NCBI GenBank assembly: GCA_963664815.2
Contig: CAXXHB010000003.1
Coordinates: 1,184,001-1,248,000, forward strand
Length of the DNA stretch: 64,000 bases
From: Spirochaetota bacterium
Lineage (GTDB): Bacteria > Spirochaetota > UBA4802 > UBA5550
Reading direction: 5' to 3'
The position numbers and the translations under genes are program-made. Below are positions 39,401 through 47,924 of the stretch, piece by piece. Under the pieces are notes generated by a model that saw nothing but the letters and a program-made list of their open reading frames with translations, was not told the DNA's origin and made no database searches. Positions within the stretch are counted from its first letter, which is position 1. Every line of letters starts with the position of its first letter.

Positions 39401-39923
39401 CTGTTCCGGTGATGTTTCTATCGTTGGAATAATCAGTAACATATCGGTTAAGAGATCACAGAAAAACGGAAAACAATATGCGACTGGTCTATTTGAGGAT
39501 TTGAATGGATCTATAGAAATTCTGATTTTTTCAAAGGTTCTCGATAAATTTAACGAACTGATCAATTGCGGAGAGCCGGTTATGGTTACCGGGAAGATTG
39601 AAATGGAGGGTGGCAGACCGAAAAAGATACTGGCAAACAGCCTTAAATCTTTAAAAGAAGTGAGAAGGGATGCAGCAGCAGCAATTCATATAAAGCTCGA
39701 TTCACTTGGAGTTGATGATGACGTAATAGTTAAAATTAAAGAAGTAATTGAAAGACATAAAGGGAATTGCCCGTTATATTTTCATATCAGGGATCATAAT
39801 GAAACAAAAACAATCAGAGCGCATTCAACCTTTAATATTTTTCCTTCTGATGTCTTTATTGAAGACATAACCAGACTTGTTGGCCATGATTCTGTAAGAT
39901 ACTCTTTCACCAGATATAATTAA
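36480..39923 (+). CDS. dnaE: DNA polymerase III alpha subunit
   Basis: PHP domain HLHNHTDYS.LDG, GPGRGSAAGS, MPDMDLDF, YGFNKSHSAAY; 1147 aa, no intein. Confidence 0.98.
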   Translation: MDFVHLHNHTDYSILDGAITVDKLVDKAVRFGMPAVAITDHGNMFGAIEFYQKAHKAGIKPIIGEEFYVAPGSRFKKESVRGDKEDNAHHLIVLAKNLTGYMNLMKLSSIGYLEGFYYKPRIDMEVLEKYSEGLIVSSACIAGEIPRNILRGKLKEARDLAGRYKELFSADNFYLELQYHGIKEQEIVNSELIKISSELNIPLIATNDAHYVDKDDAYSHEVLLCVQTGKTMNDESRMRFSTDQFYLKSFDEMRKLFSDYPDALFNTCKIADMIDLELDLGHPILPNFKVPEGFNLDSYLRHLVDEGALKIYGSNIPQVVTDRINYEFSVITKMKFSGYFLIVWDFINYARSVNIPVGPGRGSAAGSIISYCLGITALDPLRYNLLFERFLNPDRNEMPDMDLDFCADRREEVIDYCKRKYGEDHVSQIITINKMKSKAVVKDVARALDIPFADSNAISKLIEGDSLTKSIEMSPELKKYTESEIGKKVFDISLRLEGLTRSAGKHAAGVVISKGPLTDYVPLYKDKDGSISSQYEKNTLEQAGLVKMDFLGLRNLTIIDQCIKLIKKTTGDDITDINNISLDDKETYKLLQRADTKGVFQLESSGMQNILRRLGPTEFEDIIAIVALFRPGPLGSGMVDDFIERKKKPELVKYSHPSLEPVLKDTLGVVVYQEQVMLISQVIAGFTLPEADKLRKAMGKKKMDIIDALETKFLQGAEKKNIDKKIAVELYDMIKKFGEYGFNKSHSAAYALVTYQTAFLKAHYRLQYMTALLSAAPDKQDDVIQYINDSREYGIKVLPPSINNSFYDFSIENESLRFGFGAIKGLGEKAIENIIESRNRCGSFETLKQFLENVELSVVNKGVLESLIKSGSFDEIHKNRAQLFESIDLIIDLAKKYQQDIASGQGDLFSQDSSRDNSMISSDLPPVQEWNDNMKLNFEKEILGLYLSGHPLARFEKEINSFPSYTLPELCEENCSGDVSIVGIISNISVKRSQKNGKQYATGLFEDLNGSIEILIFSKVLDKFNELINCGEPVMVTGKIEMEGGRPKKILANSLKSLKEVRRDAAAAIHIKLDSLGVDDDVIVKIKEVIERHKGNCPLYFHIRDHNETKTIRAHSTFNIFPSDVFIEDITRLVGHDSVRYSFTRYN

Positions 39924-39932
39924 CCATCACTA

Positions 39933-40997
39933 TCAGGATTCATAAATTGTTACATTTTTCTTAATCATGCTGAAACCTTGTGATTGTTGCATCAGCTGGA
40001 AATGCTCAGGAGTTGTTTTAATTCTTATATTTCCGTATTCCATAAGATCCTTTGAAATTAACTGGGCGAGAGTGATAGGTGTCGTTGTATCAATTATGCT
40101 TTGTTCCGGAATATTCAATGTCAGGTTCCCCCCCTTTTTTATAACAAGTTCATTGCCATATCTGGTCTTTATGAGACGTAAAACATTTTCAATTACATCA
40201 AGTCTGGTATAACTGGTGAAATTTCCGGTTATGTATATCTCTCCTTCAGCTAAGTTTAATTTTTCATCATAATCAACAGGAGGCTCGCCATTCTTAAAAA
40301 TTTTATCTCCGGAGCGTAATACAACATCAGCAGATTGTGCCGCAGTAATTTTCGGTCCGATAGATTTGACGGGCTTTTCTTTTAAAAGTTTGTTTTTAAG
40401 ATTTTCTTTTGCTCTTATCATGTTCATGAAAAGAACCAGTTCTGATTTTATTAGTGACTGATCCTGTTCTGCATCAGTGAGGAGTATATTAAAATTATTT
40501 TTGAATTTTTCATTATTCACAGTGTACTCATTGATAATACTATTAAGTCGGTCGTCATTAGTTTTTAAAATACCCAATATATTTTGAGGGTGTTTGTGTT
40601 TATATTTAAATTCGCTATATTCTTTATTATTCATAAGAATGATTATATTGCATGAAATATTTTTAAATTGTTCCCCCTGCATGATGATTATATATGAAAG
40701 GAGGAGTGTCTTGATAACTTTACTCTTATCGTGCTGATCATCAATGCCGATTGTGATATTCATGTCTGTTATTGTAATAAATGGATAACCATTTTGCTGT
40801 ATGAAAGAGAGTATATCCCTTTTTAAAAAAGATAAATTCCCGTCTGTATTAAATCTTTCTTTTAACCCAACTAAAGAAGAAAGAGAGGCATTTTCTGAGT
40901 ATTGATCTATGTTAATGCCTGTAAGAATCTCATTTATAAGTGGGAAGAGGTTTAAATAATCTGTAAGTATCAATGCCTTATTAGAAATAATATTCAT
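39933..40997 (-). CDS. Hypothetical protein, possible receiver-like N-domain plus C-terminal STAS-like domain
   Basis: KALILTD..L...L and PFITITDMNI (REC-like); IYITGNF...SIIDTTTPITLAQL..IRI (STAS-like). Confidence 0.6.
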   Translation of the reverse strand: MNIISNKALILTDYLNLFPLINEILTGINIDQYSENASLSSLVGLKERFNTDGNLSFLKRDILSFIQQNGYPFITITDMNITIGIDDQHDKSKVIKTLLLSYIIIMQGEQFKNISCNIIILMNNKEYSEFKYKHKHPQNILGILKTNDDRLNSIINEYTVNNEKFKNNFNILLTDAEQDQSLIKSELVLFMNMIRAKENLKNKLLKEKPVKSIGPKITAAQSADVVLRSGDKIFKNGEPPVDYDEKLNLAEGEIYITGNFTSYTRLDVIENVLRLIKTRYGNELVIKKGGNLTLNIPEQSIIDTTTPITLAQLISKDLMEYGNIRIKTTPEHFQLMQQSQGFSMIKKNVTIYES

Positions 40998-41462
40998 TAA
41001 TCATTCCTCTTTTATTAAAATACATATCCAATGTTTTAATATACTTTTGTTTTTCTGTAGCATATTATATCTTTTTCAGTGAATGTTTAAAATATAACTG
41101 TTATACAATATCAGTAAATCGAGCGAAATGAATTTTTGTCCGATAGACACTTAAGCTATTGTGTTTAAATTAAAAAAAAATACGTTTACTTTTTGTATCT
41201 GATTGATTTTATTCAAGGCACTTTTTAATTTTCATACAATCATTTTTTAATGATATTATAAAAATATCTTGAATAATAATAAATTCAGAAAATATAGTCA
41301 ATTAAATTAAATCACTGGAATAATGGAATCAATCAGTAACAGAAAGGAATAATTCTGGAAAATATCATTTCATAATCAATAAATGTAGTCATCGGATGTC
41401 GTCCTAATAAGGAAATTATTGGTAAAAAATTTCAAAAAGTAGTTTATAAAGAGAGTATACTT

Positions 41463-42332
41463 ATGAAAATTGTTCATAAAATAGAAGAAGTCAGATCAGA
41501 AGTTAAAGCTGCAAAGAAGGAATCGATGCTTGTTGGATTTATTCCGACGATGGGTTTTCTTCATAACGGTCACATCAGCCTTGTTGAAATTGCACGGAAG
41601 GAAACACAATTTATCGTTATGAGTATCTTTGTTAATAAGCTTCAGTTTAATGATCTTAATGATTTTGAAAATTATCCTAAGGACCTGGAAAGAGATATTA
41701 AAATGGCCGAACAGGGTGGAGTTGAACTTCTATTCATCCCTGATGATAAGGAAATATATCGTAACAATCTGACAACAGTTGATGTCGGATTGCTTACAGA
41801 TAATCTTTGTGGTGCTTCAAGACCGGGACATTTTAAAGGTGTCTTTACTATAGTAAGCAAATTGTTCAATATAATTCAGCCTGATATAGCTGTATTTGGT
41901 CAGAAAGACATTCAGCAAGTTGTAAGTATTGAGAAGATGGTTTCTGATCTGAATTTTCCATTAAAAATAATTATTGCACCAATTATCCGTGAAAATGACG
42001 GACTTGCTATGAGCTCAAGAAATAAACATCTGAGCGCCAGTCACAGAGAAGATGCTCTTGCGCTTAGTAAAGGACTTAAAGTTTGCAGAGAACTTATTGA
42101 TTCTGGTGAAAGGAACACAAAAAAAATTACTGAAAGAATACGATCGGAAATTATGAAGGGAGTACCTGATTGTATAGACTATATTTCAATTGTAAAATAC
42201 GAGGATCTGAGTTATATAGATCAGATCGAAGATAAAGCTGTTGTTGCCGTAGCCGCATTCTGGGGTGGTACAAGGCTTATAGATAATATGATTATTGATA
42301 AAACAGATAATGGATTTACATGCATTTTCTGA
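41463..42332 (+). CDS. panC: Pantoate-beta-alanine ligase
   Basis: PTMGFLHNGH, SIFVN..QF, RPGHFKGV, FGQKD, GLAMSSRN, RLIDN. Confidence 0.97.
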   Translation: MKIVHKIEEVRSEVKAAKKESMLVGFIPTMGFLHNGHISLVEIARKETQFIVMSIFVNKLQFNDLNDFENYPKDLERDIKMAEQGGVELLFIPDDKEIYRNNLTTVDVGLLTDNLCGASRPGHFKGVFTIVSKLFNIIQPDIAVFGQKDIQQVVSIEKMVSDLNFPLKIIIAPIIRENDGLAMSSRNKHLSASHREDALALSKGLKVCRELIDSGERNTKKITERIRSEIMKGVPDCIDYISIVKYEDLSYIDQIEDKAVVAVAAFWGGTRLIDNMIIDKTDNGFTCIF

Positions 42333-42778
42333 AACGATTTTTTTTAATTCTGTTTTTATTGCAATCAGGTTGCGGCAGCGGTGGACCACTTACTCCTGTA
42401 CAGTCATTTAATGATATAAAACATGCTGTAGAAAAAAACGATAGCGATGCTATTGCAGGTTTACTGACTGTATCAAGTCTTGAAAAAATGAATAAACTGA
42501 ATATGTTAATTAAAGAGATGCGGAAAGATCAGCTGGAATTGCTTTCAGTTAAATATGGATATTCACAGGAAAAATTAAAAAACCTGAGAGTTGCAGATTG
42601 TGTATATTTATATTTTTTTTCTGATGTTACTGGTGTAAGGTTGAACAGATTTTTTGAACATGGTATTATAACTGTTGATATCAAGGGGAACAGAGCTTCA
42701 GTAAAAACTGAAAATGGTGTTGATCTTTATTTCTTAAGGGAAGGACCATACTGGAAATTTGATCTAAGTGATCTTTAA
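42320..42778 (+). CDS. Hypothetical lipoprotein
   Basis: Lipobox LQSGC; NTF2-like ending (RASVK..F.REG.YWK). Confidence 0.7.
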   Translation: MHFLKRFFLILFLLQSGCGSGGPLTPVQSFNDIKHAVEKNDSDAIAGLLTVSSLEKMNKLNMLIKEMRKDQLELLSVKYGYSQEKLKNLRVADCVYLYFFSDVTGVRLNRFFEHGIITVDIKGNRASVKTENGVDLYFLREGPYWKFDLSDL

Positions 42779-43793
42779 GCTATATATGTCAAAAAAAAGG
42801 ATAACTATACCGGTTTTTATTCCACATTCAGGATGTCCTCATTTTTGCGTTTTCTGCAACCAGTGGAAAGTAACCGGTCTTACTGAAAAAGTCACATCTG
42901 AAAAAGTATATAAAATAATTGAAAAATATCTTTCAGCGCTTTCTGGTACTGTTGATAAGATTGAGATTGCTTTTTTCGGAGGAAGTTTTACGGCAATCCC
43001 GGTTGAAGAACAGATAAGATATCTGTCATCAGTAAAATCATACATACAAAATGGTATAATTGACTCTGTTAGATTATCTACCCGTCCTGATTGTATTGAT
43101 AAAGATAATTTAAATGTCCTTAAGCAATACCATGTTGAAACAGTTGAGTTGGGAGTTCAGTCTTTTTCTGATGAAGTCCTGCTTGCTTCAGGAAGGGGGC
43201 ATAATTCCGGACAGGTAATATCATCCGTTAAATTATTAAAGGAATATGGATTCAGGGTAGGGATTCAGCTTATGCCCGGACTTCCGGAAGATAATTCAGA
43301 AAGATCTATTTACTCAGCAAAAAAGACTGTCGAGTTGATGCCTCATGATGTGAGAATTTATCCCGCTGTAGTTCTGAAAAATACTGCAATGGAAATAATG
43401 TATAAAGAGGAAAAGTTTATTCCACTTACTATCGAAGAAGCAGTTGATGTATGCTCTGTTATGTATGGCATGTTTATTGAAAAAGGTATCAATGTTATAC
43501 GGATGGGACTTCATCCAATGGATCTCAGCGGAGGAAGCGTTGTTGCCGGACCATATCATGAAGCATTAGGATTTTTAATAAAATCAAGGCATAAACGGAA
43601 AATCCTTGAAGAGCTTATAAATAATGTAAATGAAGTAGATAAGAACCATTTTTCTTTAATATTGCCTGAAAAAATGAAAGAAGAATACATAGGCATGAAA
43701 AAAGAGAACATAAATTACCTGAAGCAGAAATTCTGTATTAACAGGCTTGATTATAAATTTGAAAATATAGAAAATCCTGAAATTTTATGCTGA
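42768..43793 (+). CDS. Radical SAM protein (Elp3/YhcC-like)
   Basis: CPHFCVFC, FFGGSFT, STRPD, ELGVQS, RIYP, GPYH. Confidence 0.9.
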   Translation: MIFKLYMSKKRITIPVFIPHSGCPHFCVFCNQWKVTGLTEKVTSEKVYKIIEKYLSALSGTVDKIEIAFFGGSFTAIPVEEQIRYLSSVKSYIQNGIIDSVRLSTRPDCIDKDNLNVLKQYHVETVELGVQSFSDEVLLASGRGHNSGQVISSVKLLKEYGFRVGIQLMPGLPEDNSERSIYSAKKTVELMPHDVRIYPAVVLKNTAMEIMYKEEKFIPLTIEEAVDVCSVMYGMFIEKGINVIRMGLHPMDLSGGSVVAGPYHEALGFLIKSRHKRKILEELINNVNEVDKNHFSLILPEKMKEEYIGMKKENINYLKQKFCINRLDYKFENIENPEILC

Positions 43794-43863
43794 TTTTTTT
43801 ATTGACTTAATCCATGCTATAAAGGTTTTGTTGTCTTGAGTTAAAAATTATTGAGGTGATATT

Positions 43864-44118
43864 ATGCCCACATATGAATACGAATGTCTTGAGTGCAAAA
43901 ACAGGTTTGAAGTTTTTCAGTCAATGAATGATGCGCCTGTTAAGGACTGTGCAAAGTGCGGCAAACCTGTCCGTAAAGTATTTAATTCTGCCGGTGTAAT
44001 TTTTAAAGGAGCCGGTTTTTATGTTAATGATTATAAAGCAAAAGGTGAGAAATCAGGTTCCGATACTCAGCCTGCTTGTCAGGGATGTTCCGGGTGTAGT
44101 ATGGGGGGAGGAGAATAA
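43864..44118 (+). CDS. FmdB-family zinc-ribbon protein
   Basis: MPTYEYECLEC..F..Q.M..CAKCG, FKGAGFY.NDY; SD GAGGTG. Confidence 0.92.
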   Translation: MPTYEYECLECKNRFEVFQSMNDAPVKDCAKCGKPVRKVFNSAGVIFKGAGFYVNDYKAKGEKSGSDTQPACQGCSGCSMGGGE

Positions 44119-44120
44119 TA

Positions 44121-45980
44121 CTATTTTTTTTCAGAGGTTTTTTTTAATTTTGCCCTGTTCTGTCTGTATATTGACATAAGATATTTTTCGATACTGAACA
44201 GGGCACTTCCTGCAATTACGTCCTCTTTCAGTTTATATCCCGCTATTGAGTCAACATAATCACGGATACTTTCGGGTGTAGAAGCAATTTTTGGATCCAG
44301 CATAAGGTATTCAACATCAGATAAAAGATATTTTTTACTTCTCTGTATGTAGAGTGTCTGTCTTGCATTATAAATCGGGATAACAATTTTTAAATTATTC
44401 TCCCGTATCTCAGATATCAGTTTTTCAATTTTATTTTCATTTTCAGGTTTAATCTCAATAAAATCGGAAATAGGAATAATCGGAGAGTTCTTCAATGATA
44501 TTTCTTTATATATGTCTTTTGTTTCATTTGAAATCTCTGTTTTTACCGATTTAACTTTTACCGATTCTTTTTTTTGGGGATTAAGAGCATAACTCTTCTC
44601 TTTTTTTGTAAACAGCATCATTATTGAATTGGCTATTTTCGTCAGAAATGATGATCCGATTTTATCATCAGAATCAACTCTGACAATATTTCTCATTGTG
44701 ATTAGAGATTTTTTATAACCCTGATATCCATCTATCAGCTGCTTGAGTTTAATCACATCTTCAGGATTAGGGAAGAATCTGATAACGGTTTGTTCTTTTT
44801 CTAATAGCCTGTTGGCTGTATCGGTCAATAAATCTGCGGTAAAAATTTTACTATCATGCTGGCTTTCGCCTGTTTGACTTCCATTTTCATTTTGTATTAT
44901 TGATTGCGTATATGTTTCATATTTAATCAGAAACTGTGAAGGATCAATAAGATATTTTGTGTTATTGTACATGTGGATGATTACTTTTCCGGAGGCATCT
45001 TTTTCCAGTTCCCATCTGATAATTGTTTCAGAAGTCATGTCCGCAAAAAGAGAAAGAATATCTTTTTCTGTGCTTATAAAATTTTGCTGAAGATGCTTCA
45101 TAATCTCAGCATCAAGTATAATTACAGGATCCATGAGTTTTTCTACCTTAATGAGACAATCACGAAGGTGTTTAAAATTCTTAATTGCTACTATATTATT
45201 TTTATCTAATGATGGAGCTAAATCACCCAGCAGAATGTTTAATATGTAATCCAGCTTATTATCTCTGTAATCGCTTATGGTCGAATTTAATATCCCAAAA
45301 TTTTTAAGACGGCGGTCAATAGCAGGTTCGTCTTTTTCTATTATTTTTTTTATAACATCTATATCAATTTTCATTTTAACAGAATCATAATTACTTTTAT
45401 GAAAACAGTAATCCTCAACTATTTCCATCCCGCTCTTATCCAGTGAAAAGTTCTTGAAGGTAAAGATTGTTGTTCCCAGTTGACTTTTTACAATTTGTGT
45501 GAGGTTATTTCTGTTTTTAGATTTTTTTATTAATTTTGTAAGATTAAAAAGTCTGAAACTTTCCAGTAATCCGATAAGATTTTTTACCGATTGTTCATCC
45601 CGGTCTGAAATGAGCATATTATAATCAGTTTCTCTCATCATTAGAGTAATTTCCATTTTTTCTTCAATGGAGAGATTTTTATTTTCAGGATTTATTATAA
45701 ATTTAAATGAATAAACAGGTTTAATTTCAGCAGGATGATCTTTCATAAGAAGATCAACAAGATATTGTATATTCATTAATCTTTTTTGTGTTATCGGCAG
45801 TTTTATATTTCTTGAATCATTAAGGTTCTCTATTGTAGAAAGCTCTCCGGAATGTTTTTTTAACCAGTTTCTTTGAGATATTTCAATTTCACTCAATATT
45901 TCTTCAATATGAGCTTCTCGTGCCAGCCGTTCATTCAGAAAGGGGAATTTTTCATTTTTAGTGATCACAAACAATGACAC
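44121..45980 (-). CDS. Hypothetical protein
   Basis: 619-aa uninterrupted ORF with no motif I recognise. Confidence 0.8.
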   Translation of the reverse strand: MSLFVITKNEKFPFLNERLAREAHIEEILSEIEISQRNWLKKHSGELSTIENLNDSRNIKLPITQKRLMNIQYLVDLLMKDHPAEIKPVYSFKFIINPENKNLSIEEKMEITLMMRETDYNMLISDRDEQSVKNLIGLLESFRLFNLTKLIKKSKNRNNLTQIVKSQLGTTIFTFKNFSLDKSGMEIVEDYCFHKSNYDSVKMKIDIDVIKKIIEKDEPAIDRRLKNFGILNSTISDYRDNKLDYILNILLGDLAPSLDKNNIVAIKNFKHLRDCLIKVEKLMDPVIILDAEIMKHLQQNFISTEKDILSLFADMTSETIIRWELEKDASGKVIIHMYNNTKYLIDPSQFLIKYETYTQSIIQNENGSQTGESQHDSKIFTADLLTDTANRLLEKEQTVIRFFPNPEDVIKLKQLIDGYQGYKKSLITMRNIVRVDSDDKIGSSFLTKIANSIMMLFTKKEKSYALNPQKKESVKVKSVKTEISNETKDIYKEISLKNSPIIPISDFIEIKPENENKIEKLISEIRENNLKIVIPIYNARQTLYIQRSKKYLLSDVEYLMLDPKIASTPESIRDYVDSIAGYKLKEDVIAGSALFSIEKYLMSIYRQNRAKLKKTSEKK

Positions 45981-46035
45981 CTGATTTTATATTAATACTT
46001 TATATATTAAGGCTGAAATTTAAATAATTTGTCAA

Positions 46036-46686
46036 TTATAAATTATAACCTTCAACCATTGGAACAAAACTTACATAGGTTATTGTTTCAGATGTAACTT
46101 CACCTTTATGTTTCCTCAATCTGATTAATTGCTGAATTGTATTGCCTACCGGGGCTACAAGCCTTCCATTTTCAGAGAGTTGTTCTATAAGTGCCTGGGG
46201 AATTTTTTCAGGAGCTGCAGTGAGAATTATTACATCAAAAGGAGCTTCACTTTCAAGCCCCTTGTAACCATCGTTATGAATGACTGTAACATTTTCACAT
46301 CCAAATTGCTTAAGAGTTTTTTCTGCATTCAAAGCCAGAGGTTTTATTCTTTCAATGCTGAATACTTTTCCTGCAAGTGTTGATAATATTGCTGCCTGAT
46401 AACCCGAACCGCATCCGATTTCAAGAACTTTTTCATCACTATTTAGTTCACAGAGTTCACTCATAAGCGCTACAATATATGGTTGAGATATTGTCTGATT
46501 ATGACCAATCGGAATAGGATGATCACCGTATGAGTCAATCAAATACTTATCGGGAACAAATTTTTCTCTGGGTAGATTGCTCATTACCTCCAGAATTCTT
46601 TTATCTGCAATGCCCCTTGCAATAAGATGTTCATTTACCATACGCTCGCGTTGATTTTTCATAATGCTTTCTTTATCTAGCTTCAT
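46036..46686 (-). CDS. pcm: Protein-L-isoaspartate O-methyltransferase
   Basis: PREKFV, QTISQPYIVA, LEIGCGSGYQAA, APFDVI, FVPM. Confidence 0.96.
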   Translation of the reverse strand: MKLDKESIMKNQRERMVNEHLIARGIADKRILEVMSNLPREKFVPDKYLIDSYGDHPIPIGHNQTISQPYIVALMSELCELNSDEKVLEIGCGSGYQAAILSTLAGKVFSIERIKPLALNAEKTLKQFGCENVTVIHNDGYKGLESEAPFDVIILTAAPEKIPQALIEQLSENGRLVAPVGNTIQQLIRLRKHKGEVTSETITYVSFVPMVEGYNL

Positions 46687-47050
46687 TATTCCTCATTTTA
46701 TATCATTCATTTTTTATTGAATGTATAACAACGGCATATTGATAATATTTTAAATACATAATAGTATAATCCTTAAAAAATTTTTTTATATCGTAAATAT
46801 ATTCACTTAAACCTTGCGACTTTACAATCATTAAGAAAGTAAAGACTTTCTTTTATGACAGTATAAGTATACTTCTTATTAATAAATAATATATTTTGGA
46901 TTTAATTTCAAGTTGTAATTGTTGTGAAATTGATACACCCAATGTGATTTTATTAATTAATGAACAATCAAGTATAGAACAATCTGGATTGATCTATTCA
47001 AATCCCTGATTTAATCAACAGTTATACTCATTCTGTTATTTATTAAACTA

Positions 47051-47065
47051 TGGCATGAATATTGC
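47051..47065 (+). promoter_or_regulatory. Sigma54 (-24/-12) promoter
   Basis: TGGCAT-N5-TTGC with exact GG-N10-GC spacing, 35 nt upstream of a small ORF. Confidence 0.75.
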
Positions 47066-47099
47066 GTTTAATATAAACTAAGTATGGGGGTCAGGAGAT

Positions 47100-47192
47100 A
47101 TGTCACAAATAATAAATATGTTCTGGATAGTTGTTATTTTCTGGCTTTTTATAGAAGTAATTAATATGAAGATTAATAAAAAAAAAAGTTAA
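47100..47192 (+). CDS. 30-aa single-TM small protein
   Basis: Not in ORF track. MSQIINMFWIVVIFWLFIEVINMKINKKKS; purine-rich RBS GGGGGTCAGGAG; sigma54 promoter upstream. Confidence 0.55.
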   Translation: MSQIINMFWIVVIFWLFIEVINMKINKKKS

Positions 47193-47381
47193 ACAATGAT
47201 AATGATAACTATGATAATGATAAATAAATGAACTTTCGGGAATAAAATGGAGTAAATTCACCTTATTTCAAGCCTTTGAAAGCCTGCAGTCGGTTAAAAT
47301 TATATGACCACGTCAAATATAATTGACATGATTTAGATTCAATATAATTTAATTTTAATTTCACAATAAAAGCTAAAGGTA

Positions 47382-47774
47382 ATGATGAAAAAATTTTTAG
47401 TAATTTTTATAGTCATGATTGCAGGTTCCTCTTTCCCTGGTGAAAATGAAAAAGTACTCCTTGCTGATATCATTTCCGACATTGATAATTACAAAAATAA
47501 AGTTGTTACGTTAAATTTGCGGCTGAAATATATAGACAGAGTTTTTGAAAAAATAGTGTTTTATGATTCTGAAAATAATGATATTGAATTTGATATAACC
47601 GGCATAACTAAGAAAAAGGTGCTGTCAGATAATATCATAAATATACATGAAGGAATGATGTACAGAATAAGGTTTACTGTAATAGGTGCCGGGAATCTTG
47701 GGGGACTAACTGGTGACTTACTTGAATTTACACCGGTTATCTTTGATAAAATTCCTGTTGAAGAGACAAAATAA
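47382..47774 (+). CDS. Exported hypothetical protein (OB-fold-like)
   Basis: Signal peptide; DIISDIDNYKNKVVTL and a beta-rich body. Confidence 0.7.
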   Translation: MMKKFLVIFIVMIAGSSFPGENEKVLLADIISDIDNYKNKVVTLNLRLKYIDRVFEKIVFYDSENNDIEFDITGITKKKVLSDNIINIHEGMMYRIRFTVIGAGNLGGLTGDLLEFTPVIFDKIPVEETK

Positions 47775-47875
47775 AGAAAGCAGAATAGCTGGGCGGCTAT
47801 CCTGCCTTCTTCTTTTGCAGTGTTAAGTTAATAATATGGTAAGAACGGGAGGGAATTACCATATCATCACTTATA
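47768..47875 (-). ncRNA. Candidate sigma28-dependent small regulatory RNA (~105 nt) with anti-SD loop
   Basis: Sigma28 promoter directly upstream; 18-bp stem (47824-47842 / 47856-47873) with loop UUCCCUCCCGUUC; terminator stem (47780-47805) plus U-rich tail. G-U pairs close both stems only on the minus strand. Confidence 0.75.
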
Positions 47876-47881
47876 CAAATT

Positions 47882-47909
47882 TTATCGGCTGGAGAGTTTA
47901 AAAACTTTA
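47882..47909 (-). promoter_or_regulatory. Sigma28 promoter with no downstream ORF
   Basis: Minus strand TAAAGTTT-N12-GCCGATAA; both boxes match consensus. Confidence 0.85.
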
Positions 47910-47924
47910 ATTTTTTTGAGGAAA

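Noticed and set aside
36480-39923. Possible intein in dnaE
   Set aside because: Normal length and continuous motifs.
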